From: Octopus vulgaris
Taxonomy: Eukaryota
DNA: 64,000 bases
Reading direction: 5' to 3'
NCBI GenBank assembly: GCA_951406725.2
Contig: OX597835.1
Span: 12,710,001 to 12,774,000 of the forward strand
In this document: piece after piece, positions 53,555 to 64,000 of the stretch
Numbering within the stretch: the stretch's first letter is position 1
How the letters are laid out: every line of letters begins with the position of its first letter
The notes under the pieces: model-generated
Told to the model about the DNA's origin: nothing
Databases searched by the model: none
What the model saw: the letters and a program-made list of their open reading frames with translations, nothing else
Program-made: the position numbers and the translations under genes

Positions 53555-53652
53555 GTTTAACGTCCGTTTTCTGCGCTAGCACGGGTTGGATGGTTCGACC
53601 GGGGTCTGGGAAGCCAGAGGCTGCACCAGGCTCCAGTCTGATCTGGCAGTGT
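53499..53652 (-). mobile_element. Family C tail fragment in (TA)n
   Basis: (cat)n-cgtttaacgtccg...gctgcaccaggctccagtctgatctggcag. Confidence 0.8.
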
Positions 53653-53677
53653 TATACATATACATACATATATATAC

Positions 53678-53749
<72 letters not shown>

Positions 53750-54172
53750 TCCTGCTTTTAATCCTTCAATTTCTTCTTCTGAGTCAGGAGCGAATTTTTA
53801 GCAAAGCTACAAAGCTCCATCATTGGAGTGCGAGTAGCGAAAACAAAATCGCATTTTAAACTTGGAAAAGTCTTGCATATTTTTACTGTTCCATTTACAG
53901 ATTATATATGTAATGGTTTTGAGTCAGATAACCAAATTACACACACTAAGGTCACTAAAGCTTTTATCACTGTTCCCTGTTTGATTTCTGACAATTGCAA
54001 TTCTCTTCCAGTCTTCTTTCTTCCATCCCATATCTCTTCTCCTCTCTTATTTTTCTTCCTTTCCCTCTTCTATGTCTTCCTTACTCTTTCCCTTTGTTCA
54101 TCTTCTGCAGTTCATCACTTCCTTTTCTCCTCTTTATCTTTCTTCCATTCATATATATATATATATTGTATA

Positions 54173-54367
54173 CTTTATTTCAAAGCAGCAGAAAATTCAA
54201 CAAAACCTGTTACTCTGAGTTTCACGTTCCTGTTCGTCGGACAGTTTTTACTAGAATAGAACCGATATGCCATATCGGTTCTATTCTAGCAAAAACTGTC
54301 CAACGAATGGGAACGTGAAACTCAGAGTAACAGGTTTTGTTGAATTTTCTGCTGCTTTGAAATAAAG
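54173..54367. repeat. Near-perfect inverted repeat (~97-bp arms, 1-nt spacer), probably inverted Penelope-like terminal repeats
   Basis: ctttatttcaaagcagcag...accgatatg c catatcggt...ctgctgctttgaaataaag with about 4 mismatches. Confidence 0.92.
54291..54338 (+). ncRNA. Minimal type I hammerhead-ribozyme-like motif (mirror copy on minus strand at 54202-54249)
   Basis: aaaaactgt-CC(A/G)ACGA-a(t/c)(g/a)ggaacgt-GAAA-ctcagag-TA-acaggtttt: stems I and II and a palindromic stem III form; the core deviates from CUGANGA at U4. Confidence 0.55.
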
Positions 54368-54720
54368 CATATTACTCTACCCCTGGTATTTGAGTACACT
54401 TTTGTCCACCTTGTTTCACATTAATGTGTTTACTCCGGTATATATATATATATATATGTAAATGGCAAGATTCTTTTGTATTTCTACCAGAGCAATATGT
54501 TTGGAATGTGACCAGCTGTGTGTTAATGGGTGTATATGTTGTGATGAATGTCTTAAAAAGGAATTAAGATTTTCCTTCTTTTTAGTGTATGTGGGTTTGA
54601 GTTGTGTTTTCTTTTGAGTGTTCTCCAGCTGTGTTTATGTGTGTGTGCAGACGTGTATGTGTGTTTTCTTTTGATATCTTCTTTTGTGTGTCGGTGTGTG
54701 TGTGTATTTGTGTGTGTGCA

Positions 54721-54764
<44 letters not shown>

Positions 54765-55941
54765 TTACTGTTTATATTTTGTACTGTCGTTACTATCCTG
54801 TTTTTGTTACCATTTTTACTCCTCTGCAAAAAAAAAAAATTTCATTGAAGACATGTATCACCTTGACCTTCGAAACGTGGAGTAGATGAAATTAAGGCGA
54901 CTGAAGAAGGGGAATTTTCCTTGTTTTGTATGTCCTGTACTCTATTTTTTCGTTGTTTTAAAAAAATGTCCATTTCCTTGGTATTGTGTTTATGTTTTCG
55001 TTTCTCGTTGTGTTCGACGTTTTTTTTTTGGTGTCCTGTACCCATATATGCATGTATATATACATGTAGAGGTAGGTACGTACATATATGTATGTATATA
55101 TGCATATATTTTATTTATTTATTAATTTATATATATATATATGTATATATCTATATATATATAGAGAGAGAGGGGGGTAATGGTGTCAATAAGACTCAAA
55201 GGTGTCATAGACAAAGAGAGGGAGAAAGAGCAGTTAAAGCCAAACTCCATCATGTTGAATGGCTGTTGTTTTTTAAAAATAGAAAAATAAAATATAAACA
55301 AACAGTCTTTTCTCCTTGGTGTGAAAATGATGCAAGGTGGGAGAAATAAACGAAGTCTATTTTATTAGTTACTGTGGTCAATACAAAACTAGTTTCATGA
55401 TTAATGTACAAACAAAACAAATCAACTTTAAAAACATTAATTTAATTTACAAGCACATTTCCTGATCTTCAGGCGTATATACCATATTTTAGGAAAAAAT
55501 ATAAATAACAATAAAATATATTTACCTTCATTTATCCACACACACCTATATATATTGGAAAAAATATTTAAGAATTGATAAGAAGTATTTTCCAAACCAA
55601 TAGTTTGTATAATTTTTTTTTAAGTATCCATTCTTATTTATTGGTTGGTAGTGGTTGGTTCTATATTTAATTGTGGTTTATACTTGTTAATAAATTGGAC
55701 TTTCTTTATTTAGCCTTTGTTGTTAGTTGAAAGAATCTGACCACTTGTACAGGAGAAAGATTTTGAAATATCTGTTGGCGATATGTATGTACGTATGTAT
55801 GTATGTATGTATGTATGTATGTATGTATGTATGTATGTATGTATGTATGTATGTATGTATGTATGTATTTATGTATGTATGGATGTATGTATGTATTTAT
55901 GTATGTATGTATGTATGTATGTATGCATGCATGTATCAGTG

Positions 55942-57167
55942 TATTGGGTCAGCCCATAAATAATGTGGGTTCTTTTATACTTCTTTTATATTTCAAAATT
56001 AAGATAAACAAAGTTCATATTTAATCTAAAATATACTCTCCTTCATTTTCTGCAATGCTCTTCCATTTATCTGGTAGACTTGCAAGGCTCCTCTTCCAAA
56101 ATTCACTTGTCCGGACGAAAAATACAGAATTCATATTTTTTTCCATCCAAATGATTTTGAAGACTGTGAAATAAATGATAATCGGATAGGGCAATGTCCA
56201 GCGAATATGGTGGGTGGGGCATCGTTTCCCATTCAAACTGCTCCAGCATTTGGAATGTCATCAAAGCTGTATGTGGCTGAACATTATCCTAATGGGAGAA
56301 CACCTTTCATCTTGAAACCAAAGATGGTCGTTTTTCTTCTAGTGCTCACTTAAGCTGCTGAAGCTGATTGCAGTAGATCTCCTTTGTTATCGTTTGGTTT
56401 GGATTCAAAGTGAACTAAACCTTTCATATCCTATCAAACAGATAACACCTTACGTGGGTAAAGACATTCTTTCGCCTGGGATGCCAATATCTCTCCTTTC
56501 CCTATGCACTGTCTTTGGTACTTGACATTTTTATAGAGAACCTATTTCTTGTCACCAGTCACTGTTCGGTCCATAAAGGTTCATTCATGAGACATGGCAG
56601 AAAAAAAGGGCACACATTCACTCTCTGCATGAAATTAGACTCGGAAAGTTTGTGAGGAACGCATTGACCAAATTCGGTGACTTTTCTGATGGCACGCAGG
56701 TGCCTATGAATGGCTAATTGACCAAACCCAAGCTTCTCTGGTAGTTCCTCAACAGTGAGGTGACCAGGGTTTATAAGACGTCCTTATCATGCTCTACAGA
56801 TCTTCCAGGACGGGCTTATCTTCTAGGCTGTAGTTCCCAGCTCGGAATTTCTGAAATCACCGTTGACACTGGCTTACGCTTGTTGTCTGATCCCTATATA
56901 CTGCGTCAATATTCCTCACACTCCCCATTGTGTTGTCTTTATTGAACTCATAAATCAAAATGTGCTGAATATGCTCCTTTGTCACTTCCATTATAACTTT
57001 GAAAAAAATCGAATTGCACTCTTCAAAATTTGCACTAAGAATAAGCACAAAGGTAAAATTACTACCTGCTTTAATAGCAAGTTGATGCAGGTAGTTTATC
57101 CCTTCCCCCTCTAACTTTTAGTTCAATCAGTTGAAAAATCTGCATTATTTATGGGATGACCCACTTA
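55942..57167 (-). mobile_element. Full-length, inactivated Tc1/mariner (mariner-type) element
   Basis: TA-flanked TIRs tgggtca.cccataaataatg; transposase remnants MEVTKEHIQHILIYEFNK, VTGDKK*VLYKNVK, PHPPYSLDIALSDYHLF, FWKRSLASLPDKWKSIAENEGEYILD; ~1.2 kb; multiple frameshifts. Confidence 0.93.
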
Positions 57168-57457
57168 TGTATGTATGTTTTAAAATTGTACAAAATAACA
57201 GAAAATAGAGATAGTTGAGAGAATAACAAACAGACTATATTAGTTTGTTGTTCAGGAAAAAATAGAAGGGTTTTTGATATTTTGAGCCTGTGCTCTTTGA
57301 CAGAAAGCAATGAGGAAAGAAATGTGTCTGGATTAATGGTTCCACATGTTGAAAATGTATGTATACACACACAGACATAAATACACACATCCATCCGTAC
57401 ATCTACACATGCATACATGCATACATACAAACATGCATACATACATACATACATACA

Positions 57458-57490
<33 letters not shown>

Positions 57491-57913
57491 GCATACATAC
57501 ATACATACATACGTACATACATACGTACATACATACATAAACATACATGCATACATACATTCATACATACATAAACATACATGCATACATACATATATAC
57601 ATACATACATACATAAACATACATACATACATACATACATATATACATGCATACATACATGTATGTATGTATGTATCTATATATAAGCATGTATGTATGT
57701 ATGTATATCTATATGTATGTATGTATGTGGTCTGTGTGCATGTGTTGTGTGTGTTTTGTGTATATGTGTTGCATACATACATACATACATACATACATAC
57801 ATACATACATACATGCAAACATATATACATGCATACATGCATAAACGCACATACATACATACAGTTATACTTATATACATAGACACACACACACATACAT
57901 ACATACATACATT

Positions 57914-57944
<31 letters not shown>

Positions 57945-58752
57945 GCATACCTGTCTAAGCTTCCTGAAAAGGCCTAATAAACAGGGACCACTGAAATGTA
58001 ACCAAACTTCACACCGTTTCTGTCTTGAAACAATGAGGAAGAATCTGACGCTCCTTACCTCACCACATTAACTATTTCCTATTTTTAATTAATTGAAACT
58101 CTTGTACATCAACTCATTAGTTGCCACCCCAATTAAAGAATTCATACTCACCACATTAATTACTTCAGCACATAATTATTCACAAATTAGGAATAGCTTG
58201 AAGAATGTGTGAGAGTTTCATTGCCGAACAGAGGTAAACGTGTTGAAGTGTGTTGTCCAAATTAGCGTTCATTGTCTGGCACCTGACTGAAATAAATGTT
58301 CGTTATTGAAGAAAACAACGATACCTTGAAGTGTGAGAGTTTGGTCATTTAATGAAGGCCAATAAATCTCAGTTGAATTTATTGTAAACCAACTAGCTGT
58401 AAATTGTTTTATAACTGAGTCTAAATGTCTAACAACATTGTAATTAATTATAGTTAATCACTAGCAAATTATCCTAATAAGAAAAACTTATTTACATGAT
58501 TTGTGCTCGAGATAATTGCAGTGGTGTGCGTTAAAAACATAAACAGAAAAATAATAAGTCAAATAAATAAATAAATAAATAAATAAATAAAATGATAAAT
58601 TTGAAGTTTTGGAATAAATAAACATTTTACTCCATTCAAGACATTTCAATTCTATAGGCATTGTGATATGTTGTGCGGAGGAAAACAAATAAGTAAATAT
58701 ATATATAGATAGATACACAGACACACGCATATACACACATATAAAATGTGTG

Positions 58753-58803
<51 letters not shown>

Positions 58804-59005
58804 ATATATATATATATGTGTGTGTATATATATATATATATGTATATATATATGTGTATATATATTTGTATATATATATATATATGCAAAAATCTATGTA
58901 TGTGTATAGGCATATATATAAATGTATGTGTGTATGTATGTGTGTGCATATACTCATATGTATTGGTAGAGCAATAGATAGATAGACATTTGTATAGCTA
59001 TTTAG

Positions 59006-59054
<49 letters not shown>

Positions 59055-59225
59055 GGCGCAGGAGTGGCTGTGAGGTAAGTAGCTTGCTAACCAGCCACAT
59101 GGTCCGGGTTCAGTCCTACTGCGTGGCATCTTGGGCAAGTGTCTTCTGCTATAGCTCCGGGCCGACCAATGCCTTGTGAGTGGATTTGGTAGACGGAAAC
59201 TGAAAGAAGCCCGTCGTATATATGC

Positions 59226-59267
<42 letters not shown>

Positions 59268-59482
59268 ATGTGTTTGTGTGTCTGTGTTTGACTCCTAGCA
59301 TTGATTGACAACCAATGCTGGTGGGTTTACGTCCCCGTCACTTAGCGGTTTGGCAAAAGAGACCGATAGAATACGTACTGGGCTTACAAAGAATAAGTCC
59401 CCGGGGTCGATTTGCTCGACTAAAGGCGGTGCTCCAGCATGGCCGCAGTCAAATGACTGAAACAAGTAAAAGAGTAAAGAGT
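59055..59482 (+). mobile_element. SINE family A copy
   Basis: Complete head to tail, following (TA)n. Confidence 0.9.
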
Positions 59483-59636
59483 ATATACATGCAAGTGTGT
59501 GTGTGTTTGGTGTTGCAAAGAGGTAAAAAAACAACAACTCAAAACATGATTTGTTGGAAATTCAACCATATTCTTTTATACTGAGTGCTTTGTTGATATC
59601 TGTCAGGATGTTTTAATCACAATTTTTTCTTATATA

Positions 59637-59690
<54 letters not shown>

Positions 59691-59693
<3 letters not shown>

Positions 59694-59843
59694 TCATCAT
59701 CATCATCATCATCGTCGTTTAACGTCCGTTCTCCATGCTAGCATGGGTTGGACGGTTCGACCGGGGATCTGGGAAGCCAGAAGGCTGCACCAGGCTCCAG
59801 TCTTATCTGGCAGTGTTTCTACAGCTGGATGCCCTTCCTAACG

Positions 59844-59846
<3 letters not shown>
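59691..59846 (-). mobile_element. Family C tail fragment in (TA)n
   Basis: (cat)n-cgtttaacgtccgttctccatgctagcatgggttggacgg...gcccttcctaacgcca. Confidence 0.82.
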
Positions 59847-59881
<35 letters not shown>

Positions 59882-59883
59882 TT

Positions 59884-60113
59884 AAGGCGGCGAGCTGGCA
59901 AAAACGTTAGCGCGCCGAGCGAAATGCTTAGCGGTATTTCGTCTGCTGCTACTTTCTGAGTTCAAATTCCGCCGAGGTCAACTTTGCCTTTCATCCTTTC
60001 GGGTTCGATAAATTAAGTACCAGTTACGCACTGGGGTCGATATAATAGACTTAATCCATTTGTCAGTCCTTGTTTGTTCCCTCTATGTTTAGCCCCTTGT
60101 GGGTAGTAAAGAA

Positions 60114-60115
<2 letters not shown>
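59884..60115 (+). mobile_element. SINE family B copy in (TA)n
   Basis: aaggcggcgagctggcaaaaacgttagcg...ttagccccttgtgggtagtaaagaaata. Confidence 0.88.
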
Positions 60116-60166
<51 letters not shown>

Positions 60167-60706
60167 AAGAAGCATATTCCCACTCACAGAAATATATAGG
60201 AGAATTTGTTATGGGGTTTCAAAATGCACCAAATTCTCAAAAAGTGTAGTTGTTTTTAAATTTTATAATAGATTATTCAAATACCAAACCAGTTTCGACA
60301 TTGTTTTGTTTATCAATGTACAAATATATAAATGAAGGGTTTAGAAGAGTTTAAAGTTACAAGTTCAAAATTGGACAAACTTGTTTAAATGGAATACAAA
60401 TAACATGTTACACAAATACAAATAACAGGACATAACACCTGCTGTTATGTCCTGTATACATTCGTCGCTTTCTTCCAAGGAATCTAATGCTCTTAGCTTA
60501 GTTTTTCCTTGGGGCTGTCCAGTTTAGAGCAATATTGAGTATAACCAGCTGAAATTGCAAAAATAATCTGGAACTCGACTGAGGAAAGGAAACTCCGAAT
60601 GACCCGTCCTTGTTTTCTTTGTATTGTCTATCTGGATGTTTTGTTGTCCCTTTTTTGTATCACTTAACTGTCTGGATGTTTTGCGTTCTTGTCCCATTTT
60701 GTATTT

Positions 60707-60737
<31 letters not shown>

Positions 60738-60741
60738 ATAG

Positions 60742-61193
60742 TAATTTAAGATTAGGTAGGGTATATAATACCACTTGCTAAAATCAGAGTCAATGCTCTA
60801 AAACCCATGATAAGAATTACAATAAAGATACACACGAGCAATACAAGGAACATTTTAAAAAATAGGTTTACCCTTGCTTTGAATACAGAGATAAGTAGTA
60901 CATATTTCTATACCAATTGATTTCACTCTTTGCATGATGAACATGCTTTGTGATCTTCAATTGAAAACAGCATTTAACATCTATTTTTAAAATATTCACT
61001 ACGTTATCTCGTGTGCGTTCCTAACTTTAAATATCCTGCTTCGTTTGAAAGAAACTACCATAAACAAGGGAAATTTAAATAAGGCAGTATTATTACTGTT
61101 ATTTACAGAAATAATAAAGTGGCTACCAACTTCACACCTTTACAGACACAATATAATTTAAAATTAGGTAGGGTATATAATACTACTTGTTAA
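60742..61193 (-). mobile_element. Short element bounded by 40-bp direct repeats (Penelope-like terminal repeat?)
   Basis: taatttaa(g/a)attaggtagggtatataatac(c/t)acttg(c/t)taa at 60742 and 61154; internal degenerate hammerhead-like fold. Confidence 0.45.
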
Positions 61194-61354
61194 TGTCATA
61201 TGTATATACATATACATGTACATATGAACACATGTATATATACACATATATATTTATATATATATATGTAGATTTATACATGCATAAATGATATGTATGA
61301 CTGTGTGTGCATATACACACACATACACATACACCCACATATATATATATATAT

Positions 61355-61418
<64 letters not shown>

Positions 61419-61526
61419 TATATCTACACACACACATGCACACATATATATATATACGTATATAAATATATTTATATATATACACCACACACAAACATAT
61501 ATATATGCATAGAAACATACATATAC

Positions 61527-61577
<51 letters not shown>

Positions 61578-61589
61578 TGTGTGTATGTG

Positions 61590-61622
<33 letters not shown>

Positions 61623-61987
61623 TATTAATGCTGGTGCTGACTAGCACCCTTTGTCACATTAGTGACAATTATATATATATCTACACATACACACACACAT
61701 ATGTATATGTATGTATACTAATTCATAATACGTGCAAAGTAGTTAATTTAGATCTGTTATTCTACAAGACATGTTAAGAATCTAGAAGTTACCTAAAACA
61801 GACATCGTTAATAACATAATTAAGATAATAAATTATAGAAATTGGTGAATCGTTCACAGAAAATAGAGACAAATTGGTTGTCTTATGTGTTGTGTCAGCC
61901 AGGTTAGACTCCAGTCATTGGATGTGCATATATATATATATACACATGAAGTATATATATATATATATATACACACATATGTATGTA

Positions 61988-62027
<40 letters not shown>

Positions 62028-62091
62028 CATATATATATGAATGTATATATACATATATATGTATGAATGTATATATATATGTATGTATGTA

Positions 62092-62159
<68 letters not shown>

Positions 62160-62161
62160 TG

Positions 62162-62225
<64 letters not shown>

Positions 62226-62240
62226 GTGTATATAAATATT

Positions 62241-62411
62241 GGCACAGGAGTGGCTGTGTGGTAATTAGCTTGCTTACCAACCATATGGTTCTGGGTTCAG
62301 TCCCACTGCATGGCACCTTGAGCAAGTGTCTTCTACTATAGCCTTGAGCTGACCAATGCCTTGTGAATGGATTTGGTAGATGGAAACTGAAAGAAGCCCA
62401 TCGTATATATG

Positions 62412-62467
<56 letters not shown>

Positions 62468-62670
62468 CTTGTATGTCTGTGTTTGTCCCCCCAACATCGC
62501 TTGACAACTGATGGTTGTGTGTTTACATCCCCATAACTTAGCAGTTTGGCAAAAGAGAGAGATAGGATAAGCACTAGGTTTAGAAAGAATAAGTCCTGGG
62601 ATCGATTTGCTTGATTAAAGGTGGTGCTCCAGCATGGCTGCATTCAAATGACAGAAACAAGTAAAAGAGT
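62241..62670 (+). mobile_element. SINE family A copy
   Basis: Complete head to tail, CpG-decayed. Confidence 0.88.
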
Positions 62671-62944
62671 ACAGCGTATCGGTTTCAAATTTTGGCACAA
62701 GGCCAGTAATTTCAGGGAGATGGGGGGAGTAGATTACATGAACTCCAGTATAGAACTGGTATCAACCTCTTGACATTTTTGTAAGCCTGGTACTTACTCC
62801 ATCGATCACTTCTGCTGAACTGTTAAGTTACGAGTACATAAACACAGCAACACTGGTTGTCTAGCAGTGGAGGTGGGGTGGGACAACCACAGACACACAC
62901 ACTACACACACACAGATACACACACAGACACATACACACACATA

Positions 62945-63439
62945 TCCTCCATCCGATTGCGCTCAAATTTGATATGTAGATACTGACGGTATCAGGGCAT
63001 GTATAAGTCTTGAAAAAATTACAAAAATCGATTCCAGGTGAGAATGTGATCGATAAAGCCATGGAAACGTGAATTTGTATGCACAAGTATATCAGCTGTT
63101 GCAATCGATACTACATGTATGCGAGAAAATTGCATGTGCAGTTTGCACAAAAAAAGCCGGCTGGCTTGAAATAATGCCACAAAATGCAGTATATTTAAGA
63201 GACCAAAAAGGTAAGATGCAAAAGAGATATTTTCTTCAAACTTGGCATGAAGGAAGGAAAGACTATTTGGTTTCTCAAGAAGTGTTTTTTTGCCTTAACT
63301 TCGTTTAACAAAACCAAAAATTTTATTGAAATAAAGGCATGCTTAATTATGTTTTAATGAAAAGAAAACACTGATTGCTTTTTATTCAGCGGATATGATT
63401 CAGCACCGTCCATTGGACGGGGGCAGGTGTTTTGCTCGT
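62945..63439 (+). mobile_element. Possible non-autonomous Helitron 3' portion
   Basis: Terminal GC hairpin ccgtcc-att-ggacgg (63406-63420) about 14 nt before ctcg|t (CTAG-like); ccgattgcgctcaaattt motif at the start. Confidence 0.35.
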
Positions 63440-63533
63440 ATATATGAAAATACATCGTATGGCTTTTATTATTCATGTGAACCAGTGGTAATAAATTATT
63501 CTAATTTTTACCCTTATGATATATATATATATA

Positions 63534-63837
63534 CATCATCATTATCATCATCATCATTTAGCATCCACTTTCCATGCTAGCATGGGTTGGACGGTTCAAC
63601 TGGGGTCTGGGAAGCCAGAAGGCTGCACCAGGCCCAGTCTGATCTGGCAATGTTTCTATGGCTGGATGCCCTTCCTAACGCCAACCACTCCGTGAGTGTA
63701 GTGGGTGCTTTTACGAGCCACCGGCATAGGTGCCAGACGAGGCTGGCAAACGGCCACGGTCGGATGGTGCTTTTTACATGCCACCAGCATGAGGCCAGTC
63801 GGGACGGCGCTGGCAACGGCCACGTTCGGATGATTTT
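63534..63837 (-). mobile_element. Family C copy (longer)
   Basis: (cat)n...ccatgctagcatgggttggacgg...gcccttcctaacgccaaccactccg...ggcaacggccacg. Confidence 0.82.
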
Positions 63838-64000
63838 CTTAACATATACATATATGTATATATAGTTATAGCTTTGTTTCAAAACACATAGACAGCATAG
63901 AAGTGCTCAAGTTGAACCTGAGGCGATAGATAAGTATAATGGATACGAGAGTAAAAGTTCAAATCACGCAAACTACGGTTAACACATATATATATATATA

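Noticed and set aside
60280-60325. Further minus-strand hammerhead-like motif (ttgataa..aca/tgt-cGAAActggtt)
   Set aside because: Two core mismatches and a poor stem I; too degenerate to claim.

Overview
AT-rich, microsatellite-saturated eukaryotic non-coding DNA. The SINE/LINE repertoire points to an Octopus (cephalopod) intron or intergenic region (inferred from repeat families, not confirmed by search). No intact protein-coding gene can be supported: almost every listed ORF is a translation of a microsatellite or tandem array. Recognisable content: an internally deleted Ty3/gypsy (Mag/K02A2.6-like) element with nested SINEs (0.8-3.5 kb), several tRNA-derived SINE families in many copies, RTE and CR1 LINE remnants, a hAT-type element with an 8-bp TSD and tandemly expanded end, TTAA piggyBac-type MITEs, a decayed Chapaev-like transposase, a full-length dead mariner and a possible Helitron end. 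There are two unrelated 69-bp tandem arrays (about 19 and about 48 units), a 19/21-bp array and a 296-bp duplication carrying a tRNA(CAT)-like cloverleaf. Most interesting: (i) the 48-unit 69-bp array repeats a 5' splice site plus a TACTAAC branch point in every unit, while the neighbouring 69-bp array repeats a 3' splice site; (ii) several (TA)n-embedded short elements carry hammerhead-ribozyme-like folds, including two minimal hammerheads in a ~97-bp-arm inverted repeat and three unrelated elements that share a UA / stem I / CUGANGA half-core with different but paired stems.
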